From a virus (taxonomy: Duplodnaviria; Caudoviricetes), in IMG/VR virus record IMGVR_UViG_3300037424_000957, positions 1-43,205 of that record: DNA of 43,205 nt; one strand, given 5' to 3'. Shown here piece after piece: positions 8,410 through 17,000 of this stretch (position 1 is the first letter of the stretch; the number at the start of each line of letters is the position of its first letter). The notes under the pieces were generated by a model, which had not been told where the DNA came from, ran no database searches, and worked only from the letters and a program-made list of their open reading frames with translations. The position numbers and the translations under genes are program-made.

Positions 8410-8850
8410 ATGAAAAAATTAACTATTCAAGAAAAAGCAAAAAAAATGTTGGATTGCTTCGAGCAGAAGAAAAGACAAGATGAATCAAAATTTTATTGCT
8501 TAAAAGATGATTGCAAAAATAGAGAAACATATCAAGAAATTTGTATGCAAGCACACGGCGATATGTTTCCCGATGATTATAAATATGAATTTATAGTTGA
8601 AGCATTGCAACAATTATCCGATATGACAGAAGACGCCGACCCGCAAGACACAATATTTGAAATTGAATCCGATATCTATACAAGTGATCTTACAAAGTGG
8701 CTTGATTCTGCTAACAGCCGAGTTTATTATTTAACCGAAGCGTTAGAAGAATATCCTATTACAGACGGTTTTCAAGCTCTGTCAAGCGCACAGTTAAAAG
8801 AAAAGCAAGAAGTCGCTTTTTCTATTCTTCAAAGTTTAGAAGAAATTTAA
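8410..8850 (+). CDS. acidic early protein, possibly Ocr-like DNA mimic
   Basis: D/E-rich; IFEIESDIYTSDLTKWL loosely recalls the T7 Ocr core (inference). Confidence 0.8.
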   Translation: MKKLTIQEKAKKMLDCFEQKKRQDESKFYCLKDDCKNRETYQEICMQAHGDMFPDDYKYEFIVEALQQLSDMTEDADPQDTIFEIESDIYTSDLTKWLDSANSRVYYLTEALEEYPITDGFQALSSAQLKEKQEVAFSILQSLEEI

Positions 8851-8939
8851 AAGTTTTTAGATTATATATCCGCTTTTATAGGGATATATTTTCTAATACC
8901 TTTTAACAGGTATTAAATTATAAGAAAAGGGGAAATATT

Positions 8940-9113
8940 ATGGATAATTACAAAAATTCTTTTGTACACTCAAGAATCGAAGAAGTAAACGAAAAAAGAC
9001 TAGATAAGGCTTTTATTCGTTGTGCTATTCTTTTTATCGCGCTTCTTTTTTGTGTTGCTTGTTGGTACTGGATTATCAACGGTATTCTTTATGTAATGTC
9101 GATATTATTTTAA
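8940..9113 (+). CDS. small membrane protein (57 aa)
   Basis: manually translated; hydrophobic C-terminal half; AAAAGGGGA RBS. Confidence 0.7.
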   Translation: MDNYKNSFVHSRIEEVNEKRLDKAFIRCAILFIALLFCVACWYWIINGILYVMSILF

Positions 9114-9126
9114 AGGACGGCTGAAC

Positions 9127-9267
9127 ATGTGGATACAAAAAGAATTTAAAACACAAAAAGCAATGAACGCTTTTATTGAAAGGAATAAGCACAAAATACA
9201 ATATCAAGAAATTTTTATCAATAATGGATATTGTATTGAATACCGCCTATTAAGAAAAATCTATTAA
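9127..9267 (+). CDS. hypothetical protein (46 aa, MWIQKEFKTQ...)
   Basis: manually translated; AAAGGACGG RBS. Confidence 0.65.
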   Translation: MWIQKEFKTQKAMNAFIERNKHKIQYQEIFINNGYCIEYRLLRKIY

Positions 9268-9280
9268 GAGGACAAAAGAA

Positions 9281-9394
9281 ATGAAATGGGACAAAAATAT
9301 TGACTGGTTTAAAAAAAATGGCAATCGCATCTTTGTATTAAGAAACCATGGTATTTATCGATTAAAATATAAAGACATATTGCATTATCTTTAA
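9281..9394 (+). CDS. hypothetical protein (37 aa)
   Basis: manually translated; GAGGA RBS; ends just before a hairpin element. Confidence 0.55.
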   Translation: MKWDKNIDWFKKNGNRIFVLRNHGIYRLKYKDILHYL

Positions 9395-9476
9395 ATATTT
9401 TATTCTTGCCTATCTTACCGGATAGGCTTGAATATCTTATTTAATAAGATAACAATTTATAAAAAGGGGAAATATT

Positions 9477-9725
9477 ATGATTCAATCAAAAATTATTTAT
9501 CAATTTGACAAAAAAGAATTTAATAATTTAAAGCAAATTGAAACGGAAATAGAGAATAAACTCGGTAAATACCTTGACAAGGCTTGTAATGACGGGATTT
9601 TTAACGCAAGGCATAGACTACAAATATTTGATTATATAATAAATAATCAAAGTGAACTATGTAATATACTTAATGATTTTTCCGATTTAAGAATTGAAAT
9701 TGAATCCGAAAAAGAAGACGATTAA
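9477..9725 (+). CDS. early hypothetical protein
   Basis: ORF track; strong RBS. Confidence 0.8.
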   Translation: MIQSKIIYQFDKKEFNNLKQIETEIENKLGKYLDKACNDGIFNARHRLQIFDYIINNQSELCNILNDFSDLRIEIESEKEDD

Positions 9726-9803
9726 AAGATTTATATTGACCGATTATGTCGGTCGATATAGCTTTTTTAATAAAGCTAAATTTAAGAAAAGGGGATTAAA
9801 ATC

Positions 9804-10112
9804 ATGAAAAAAGAAAAAATATTATTTGTTGTAAATGCTGTCCGCTGGTTCGACAAAGTGAACGGGAATACTTATCATTCGGTCAGAATTACGCGGACTA
9901 AAGACAAAAAAGTATTTTGCAGCGAAAAAGAAGTTTACGGATATGACGACCATTACAAACAAACAGCATTAAAAATTATGTTTGAAAATAAGCTATTACC
10001 GAAAAAATATGATAGCAAAAATTGTTATTTATATGAGCGAGAAAATAACTATCCCATTTTATGGGAATGTCAAAACGGATTAAAGCGCGATATGATTGCG
10101 AATGTAAAGTAA
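9804..10112 (+). CDS. early phage protein (WFDKVNGNTYHS...YGY motif)
   Basis: ORF track; strong RBS. Confidence 0.8.
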   Translation: MKKEKILFVVNAVRWFDKVNGNTYHSVRITRTKDKKVFCSEKEVYGYDDHYKQTALKIMFENKLLPKKYDSKNCYLYERENNYPILWECQNGLKRDMIANVK

Positions 10113-10202
10113 TTTGAAATTTAAGCACTTGCTATTTTATGAAGTGCTTTTATTTGAAGTTATTTATTTTAACTTCTGAATTTTAAGAAAAGGGGAAAGA
10201 TT

Positions 10203-10784
10203 ATGAGAATTATTGAACAAAAAGTATTTGCTTTCAGCGAGCTATCAAAAGAAGTGCAAGAAAAAGTCATTGCTAAATGGTACGAATTAGAAGATTATCC
10301 TTCTTTAACTGAAGATTTAACAGAATCTTTAAAAGCAATGAATAAACAATGCTTTTATGACGTTAAACTTTCTTATTCACTTTCATATTGTCAAGGCGAT
10401 GGACTTTCCTTTACTGGGACACTTGACTTTGAAAAATTCCTTGAGAATATTTATAGCAAACGCGAAAATTTAAAGCCGAGTGTAAAAAAGGCTTTATCAG
10501 AACTTGTTTTTTACATACGTTCAAAAGGGAATGCCGGAAGATATGCCTATTCTTCAAAAAGTGATATTGAATTTGAATATAATTCTAATGATACTTACAC
10601 ACATTTAGAAAATATGTTTGAATCTGATATTCTGCCAGAAATTCAAGACTATTATATGTCAATATGCAGAGATATAGAAACAGAAGGATATAATATCCTT
10701 GATTATAGAATGAGTATTGACGAATTTACAGAATTAGCGGAAAGTAATAGTTATGAATACTTTGAAGATGGAAAAATGTTTTAA
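10203..10784 (+). CDS. acidic early protein of the family often annotated 'antitoxin of toxin-antitoxin stability system'
   Basis: VFAFSELSKEVQEK, YCQGDGLSF and C-terminal YEYFEDG motifs, recalled from phage and plasmid leading-region proteins. Confidence 0.75.
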   Translation: MRIIEQKVFAFSELSKEVQEKVIAKWYELEDYPSLTEDLTESLKAMNKQCFYDVKLSYSLSYCQGDGLSFTGTLDFEKFLENIYSKRENLKPSVKKALSELVFYIRSKGNAGRYAYSSKSDIEFEYNSNDTYTHLENMFESDILPEIQDYYMSICRDIETEGYNILDYRMSIDEFTELAESNSYEYFEDGKMF

Positions 10785-10873
10785 AAGAATTAAGTTTATA
10801 CGCTATATTCAATTATAGCGTATTCTCTTAAATCCTTTATGGATTTACAAACTATAAGAAAAGGGGAAACATT

Positions 10874-11704
10874 ATGAAAAAATCAAATACCTATTTACCA
10901 GTATTTCCAGGTTTTTACGGCACATTATTTGAAGTTAACTATTCAATAATTGAAGAGGATTTAAAGGAACTGATCTTTGGATTTTCAAAAGATTATACCG
11001 AATATGATATTGACATCGAGCAAGAACTAAAGGATTTTTTCTGGCGCAATGAAGAGAACTACACAGACTATGCAGATTATCAGAATAGAATCGTCAATCA
11101 ATGCGTCAATGCAATAGAATCTCAATTAATCGGTCTCAAAATCATAAAAAGCATAAAACTTGAAAAATTAGTATCTCCACGCGAATACAACTTTTATAAT
11201 GACAGTATTAATGTTGAAATAACTTTTACGGAAAATAATATTTCTAATATTAAAAGAATTATAAAAGAGAATTTTGCGAAATGGTCAAAACTTTTGAAAA
11301 GTAGATATACTTCTTACAGTGGTTTTTTCTCAAGTTATGATAATTACCCGGAATCTGAGGAATGGCAGATTGACTTTGCTATTACAGAAAGTCATCAGTC
11401 AGGGGCAATTTTAGATTTTATCTTGTCTATAAATGAATATAATACAGAATCATTATATAACGACTGTGAAATTTATTTGTCTATGGATACAGAAAAATTT
11501 GAAAATGACTTTCAGAATTATCTTGACGAAAAGACTGGAGTAGTTGAGAACAAATATTCTCAATTCCTTAACATGATTAATGAGAATATAAAAGAAAATG
11601 CTGTTATTGTTGATAGAGAATTAAAAAGCCTGTCTATTCCAAAAATCAATTTTAAATGCACTGGTAAATTTGTTGAAAAATACATACAAGAAAATTGTAT
11701 TTAA
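10874..11704 (+). CDS. acidic early phage protein (PVFPGFYGT...SPREYNF motif)
   Basis: ORF track; strong RBS. Confidence 0.8.
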   Translation: MKKSNTYLPVFPGFYGTLFEVNYSIIEEDLKELIFGFSKDYTEYDIDIEQELKDFFWRNEENYTDYADYQNRIVNQCVNAIESQLIGLKIIKSIKLEKLVSPREYNFYNDSINVEITFTENNISNIKRIIKENFAKWSKLLKSRYTSYSGFFSSYDNYPESEEWQIDFAITESHQSGAILDFILSINEYNTESLYNDCEIYLSMDTEKFENDFQNYLDEKTGVVENKYSQFLNMINENIKENAVIVDRELKSLSIPKINFKCTGKFVEKYIQENCI

Positions 11705-11795
11705 AGAATCCTTTGATTTATACATCCGCTATTATAGGGATGTATTTTTCAAAGTGTTTTTATTACACTTTAAATATTATAAAAAGGGAGAATTT

Positions 11796-12002
11796 ATGGA
11801 AATCAATAAAGCTAAATACTGGATCAATGAAAATGGAGTAGAGCGAAAAGCTACTCAGAGCGAATTTAAAGAATGATATAAAAACTTCACTAATCATGTT
11901 ATAGACGATTTTGGAAATATTACCGATAAATCGCAAACTCCATTTATCCGGGTAAAAGGCTGTTATAATCCTCAAGGGATTATGATAGCTGGAAGAAATT
12001 AA
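11796..12002 (+). pseudogene. early gene with a single in-frame TGA (11874-11876)
   Basis: RBS+ATG 11796; frame stays open after TGA (EFKE*YKNFTNHV...AGRN) to TAA 12002, where the next hairpin element starts. Confidence 0.65.
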
Positions 12003-12079
12003 AAGATTTATGCTTGCCGTTAATTGACGGCTGGCATAGCTTTTTTAAAAGCTAAAATTTTATAAAAAGGGGATGTATT

Positions 12080-12529
12080 ATGGAACTACAAATTAATATC
12101 AATCTTGATAATGCAGCGTTCGGAGATAATCCACAAGATGAGGTCAAAAGAATTTTGACAAGATATTGCAATTCTATTGTAATGAACGCGGATAATCTCA
12201 ACGACAAATATTCTTTTATTGATTTTAACGGGAATCAGGTCGGCGAAGCTAAAATCATTGAAGAATTGCCGGTTGTTTCTGAATCTGAAGAAAGCGCAGA
12301 CATAGTTATCGGAATTGAAGGCGGTTTAATTCAATGGGTATTCACCAATTCAAAGAAGGAATTAAACGCTATAATTGTTGACTTTGATGTAGAAGGATCG
12401 GACAGCTATAAAGAAATTGAAGACTTTTCCGGCGACCCATGCAATGCAAATATCTATGCAGAATCAATCACAAAAGATATCGCTGTTATTGATCACTATT
12501 ATAATCAACTTATCAAGATTAAAGAGTAG
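12080..12529 (+). CDS. early phage protein (NAAF...E..RIL...D.NGN.VG N-terminal domain + acidic domain)
   Basis: ORF track; strong RBS. Confidence 0.8.
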   Translation: MELQININLDNAAFGDNPQDEVKRILTRYCNSIVMNADNLNDKYSFIDFNGNQVGEAKIIEELPVVSESEESADIVIGIEGGLIQWVFTNSKKELNAIIVDFDVEGSDSYKEIEDFSGDPCNANIYAESITKDIAVIDHYYNQLIKIKE

Positions 12530-12608
12530 TCTTTAAGTCTTGCCCGGAATCGTCCGGGCTTTTCTTAAGTCTATTTATGACTTACAAATTATAGAAAGGG
12601 GAAATACT

Positions 12609-12881
12609 ATGAGTTATTCAGCCTTACCAAAAAGAGTTTTTAAAAGTCCATTAATAGAATATGCTAATTTTAAAGACGGAAGTTTTGTAAATTTGATTCA
12701 TATTAAACCGCCATATAGCAACTGTATAGAGTGGGCAGTTTATGAAACTACAAAAAGTCCTTTTTGTTCAAACGGTTTATTCAGAACTTATGAACAAGCA
12801 AAAATAAAATTCGATTTAATGATTACAAATAATCAATTTGAATCCGAATTAATTAAACAAGGATTAACCGGAAATTCATAA
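12609..12881 (+). CDS. early hypothetical protein (start moved to MSYSAL)
   Basis: GAAAGGGGA RBS before ATG 12609. Confidence 0.75.
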   Translation: MSYSALPKRVFKSPLIEYANFKDGSFVNLIHIKPPYSNCIEWAVYETTKSPFCSNGLFRTYEQAKIKFDLMITNNQFESELIKQGLTGNS

Positions 12882-12972
12882 AAGTTGATTTACTGTTTAG
12901 CTTATATTTTTAAGCTATTCAGTAAACTAATTTTTAGTTAGTTTAAATTTAATATAAAAGAGGGTAAAAAAT

Positions 12973-13512
12973 ATGTATGAAGAACTGTATGAAAAAGTGA
13001 AGCCAATTATTAATGGAACCGTGTCAAAAGTCTATTCCTCAAATAAACATTTGGATATAGACGAACTAAAAAGTGAGGCCAATATGGTATTTATGTATTG
13101 CGCTGAAAAATACCCGCTAAAAACAGGGAAGTTTGAAAGTTTTTTAGCAAGTTCATTACATTGGCGCTTATTTGAATATGTTCAGGGCAGAGGGGAACAA
13201 TTGTCAGAACTTGTTTTAAATGAGAACTCCGGCGACATAAAAGAACAATATTGTAATATGAGTCCTATTCTTGACGCGACATTTCAGAATTTAAGCCGGG
13301 ATGTCAAACAACTTACTGATATTGTTTTTAATCCTCCACAAGCATTATTTAAAGTTCAGCCTTTTCCGGTTAAGGATAACAAAAGAATTTCAAAGTTAAT
13401 GCTATTCAGATATTTGCGTAAAAGTCTGAATTGGAAGCGGGATCGTATTTTAATGAGTTTCCAGGAGATGCAGAAATTTTTAAAACAGTCGCAAACAGTA
13501 GCTTTTAATTAG
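12973..13512 (+). CDS. phage sigma-70-like factor (region 2)
   Basis: DIDELKSEANMVFMYCAEKY...GKFESFL resembles sigma region 2.1-2.3. Confidence 0.65.
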   Translation: MYEELYEKVKPIINGTVSKVYSSNKHLDIDELKSEANMVFMYCAEKYPLKTGKFESFLASSLHWRLFEYVQGRGEQLSELVLNENSGDIKEQYCNMSPILDATFQNLSRDVKQLTDIVFNPPQALFKVQPFPVKDNKRISKLMLFRYLRKSLNWKRDRILMSFQEMQKFLKQSQTVAFN

Positions 13513-13526
13513 TGAGGAGAACTTTT

Positions 13527-13724
13527 ATGACAGATTTATTAGTCGGTTTAATTATCAGTTTTATCGTAATTGCAGGTTGCATTTTGATTGAATATATTTA
13601 TAAACTTTTTGTGTTTATAGATAAAAAAGTAATAGAATATCGTTATTTCAAACATATTGAAGATGATTCTTATCTAAGAAATCAAAAAGCAATCAACAGA
13701 ATACGAAAAGATTTAAGGATATGA
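13527..13724 (+). CDS. small membrane protein
   Basis: GAGGAG RBS before ATG 13527; N-terminal TM. Confidence 0.7.
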   Translation: MTDLLVGLIISFIVIAGCILIEYIYKLFVFIDKKVIEYRYFKHIEDDSYLRNQKAINRIRKDLRI

Positions 13725-13809
13725 ATTTACACTATCCCCGGATTTATACCGGGGACTGTGTAAGTCTATAATGACTTATATTTTAAATTTAAAAAAAGGG
13801 GTAAAGAGT

Positions 13810-13974
13810 ATGAAGAGACCTTCATTATTAAGCGTTTTAACAGTAATATTTTTAATCTTAATTTTCTTTTGTTTTTATCAATGTGGAAAATCTTTAAATA
13901 AGACATCAAAAGAAATAGAAAACAAAGGGTTAAAGAACATATTAACTGATATATGGGAAGGCAAAAAGAAATAA
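13810..13974 (+). CDS. small membrane protein or lipoprotein
   Basis: AAAAGGGG RBS before ATG 13810; hydrophobic N-terminus. Confidence 0.7.
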   Translation: MKRPSLLSVLTVIFLILIFFCFYQCGKSLNKTSKEIENKGLKNILTDIWEGKKK

Positions 13975-13991
13975 AATAATTTAACTTTTTT

Positions 13992-14022
13992 AAGCCAGCA
14001 ATAAAAATTGCTGGCTTTTTTT
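13992..14022 (+). terminator. intrinsic terminator ending the early operon
   Basis: AAGCCAGCAAT-AAAA-ATTGCTGGCTT followed by a T run. Confidence 0.85.
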
Positions 14023-14077
14023 ATGAAAAAAACCGTTATAATGATATAACCAATAATCTAAAATAACAAACTAAACT

Positions 14078-17000
14078 ATGGAAAATACAAAAGAATATCC
14101 TCAATTGAGGCACGCTGTAAGGGCATTATTAGTTGTATGTGATAACGCAAAAACGGATGATGGCAAAGGTTTCAACAAATTTGATGCCTCATTTATCCGG
14201 GACAAATATAAGAATATTAAGTGGACTTATAGAGACGCTAACGCAATATATAAAGTTATGCAGAAATACAAGGGACAACTGTCTCGATACGGAATTGATT
14301 ATAGTAAAATTCCTATTCCTATGGATGATTATAAACAGTATATTGTTAAAAAAACAACTTTAAAAGAGAACTATATCTACATAGAATTTAAGGCACCGGA
14401 GGGGGAATGGAAAAAGATACTGGGAGAAGTTAAAGCCTTTCCGGGGAGGGAATTTACCAGCGAGAAGATATGGCGAGCACCTTTAAATGCGTACACTGTG
14501 AATAAATTAAGACAGATGGGGTTTGAATTAGATCGGGGGATTTTGGATTGGGAGAAGGAGAATGCGAGAGAACTCCCGGAAGTGAAGATAGAGAACACAG
14601 AACTAAAACCGTTCCCTTATCAGGTAGAAGGTTTGAAGATGATTGAACGTCTGAATGGCCGGGTATTACTGGCGGACGAACCCGGATGTATTGATGGAGA
14701 AGCTATAATAAGTATCAATCGTGGGGGTATAACAAGGAAATATAAATTAAAAGATGCCTATATTAAATTTAATAATTTAGAAACAAGTAAACGACATAAC
14801 TGGAATAAAAATATTATTACCAATACTCGTTGTATGAAAGAAAATAGAATTGGTTTGAATCAAATTAAAAAAATTATTTATTCAGGTAAAAAAGAATGTT
14901 TAGAATTAAAAACAGAATCTAAAACATTACGTCTAACTCCAGATCATAAAATTTTTACCCCGAATGGGTATATAGAAATTCAAAAATTAAAACTAGGAGA
15001 TGCCGTTCTTATTAATGGGACTAATATTTGTCCAATTTGCGGGTCAGACAAAGATATAATTACTTATCCTTACGCTAAATTTAAAGGATATTGTAAATCA
15101 TGCATGTATAAGGAATTAAGATTTAATTTAAATCAATTCTCTCATAAAAGAACAAAAGGTAATGATGGGTATATTTATTTAACCGGAAGTGATTATCATA
15201 GTCATCCAAGATATTCTTCCAGTGGATTATTAGAACATATTTATATAATGGAAAAATATTTAGGTAGATATATAAATATAACAGAAGAAATACATCATAT
15301 TAATGGAATACGGGATGACAATAGATTAGAAAATTTACAATTATGTACTAAATCAGAGCATAAAAAAATACATAAAACAGAAAATCATTTTAAAAATTTT
15401 ATACATCATAGTGGATCTGAAGTGATAACTGTTCCAAAAGAAGAAAAAATAATATCTATTATACCTTATGGAATAATAGATACATACGATATAGTTATGG
15501 AAGACCCTTATAGAAATTTTATTGCTAATGGAGTAATTGTTCATAATTGTGGTAAAACACAGCAAGCAATCGCTTATTTAAAATTACACCCAGAATTACG
15601 TCCAGCAATTATAATCCCGCCCGCAACTTTAAAAATCACTTGGCTCCGCGAGGCCGAAAAATGGGGGTTAGAAGGTAAAATTAAAATAATTAAGGGAACT
15701 CAAGATATTATAAGGAATGAAGACATATTTATTATTAATTATGATGTATTAAGTTGTTATTTAGACGCACTAGTGGGTATAAATCCTAAAATTATTATTG
15801 CAGATGAATGTTTCCCTGAAGGGACATTAATTGATACTCCAACTGGTAAAAAAAATATAAAAGATTTAAAAACAGGAGATGCTGTTTATAATGCAACTGG
15901 AATCGGAATTATAAAAGATATATTTATAAAAGAAACTCAAGAATTGATTAAATTAAAATTATCAAATAAAAAAGAAATAATATGTACTCCTAACCATCCC
16001 TTTTTTACAACAGAAGGTTGGGTCTATGCAAATAATTGTACAAATAAAAATTTGTTGTCACGCTCTGATATTTTTAATATATTAGATATAGACAGTGATT
16101 TAAGAATATCAGAGCTTAAAGGACAAGATGATGAAGAATTCAATTTGCCAAGAATGTGGAAAAGGATTTCAAAGAAAAGTGACAAGAAAATTTTGTTGCA
16201 GAAAATGTGCGACTATAAATATCAACAAAAGAGAAGATGTCAAAAAGAAAATTTCTTTAAAATTAACAAAAATATTTCCCATAAAGATTTGCCAAGGTTG
16301 TGGGAAAGAATTCATAATACATACAACAAAAGATTTAAAAAACAGGCGATTTTGCGGGACATCTTGTTCAGCGAAATGGAGAATGAGTCAACCGGATATA
16401 ATATTAAAAATGAAGCAAAAATTACCGTCCGAAAGACGTTCTCAGATTATAAAAGATATGTACAAAAAACATCCAGAAGTGGCTTTAAAGACTTCAGAAC
16501 GTATGAAACGCATGGGGAAGAAAAATCCCATGTTACAACCAGAAGTTCGACAGAAATTAAAGGAGTATTGGGAGAAATATGGACACCCTTTAAAAAAGAT
16601 ACAACCCAAAGGAGGAAATGGCAGAGAGTTCCCTCTTCCACAACGCATTCTTTGGGTAGCTTTAGGAGAGCCATGGAAAATAGAATATATTTTTCCAACA
16701 AAAACAAAAAGAATCGAAGGTTATCCCAATCATTACAAATTAGATATTGCAAATCCTTTATTAAAAATATGGATAGAAGTAGACGGGAACAGTCATTTAG
16801 ACAAAACTATTCAAATAAAAGACAAGAAGAAAGAAATATTCATGAATCAATTAGGGTGGAAAGTATTGAGATTTACAAACAAAAAAGTAATGGGGAGCCT
16901 ACAAATTGTGTTACAGGAAATACAAGAGTATATAACCTCCATATAAGTAATCATCCTTCTTATTACGCAAACGGATTTTTAGTACATAATTGTACAGCAA

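Larger units (their letters stand above)
8111..13778 (+). repeat. 12 intergenic overlapping double-hairpin elements, each followed by an AAAAGGG(G/A) RBS
   Basis: copies at 8111-8155, 8330-8383, 8857-8915, 9401-9451, 9732-9778, 10117-10176, 10790-10847, 11711-11771, 12009-12054, 12533-12584, 12889-12944, 13727-13778. Confidence 0.85.

Noticed and set aside
8111-13778. Hairpin array as CRISPR or classical integron attC sites
   Set aside because: Repeats are not sequence-identical, the intervening DNA is whole genes, there are no RYYYAAC/GTTRRRY cores, and no cas or integrase gene is in the window
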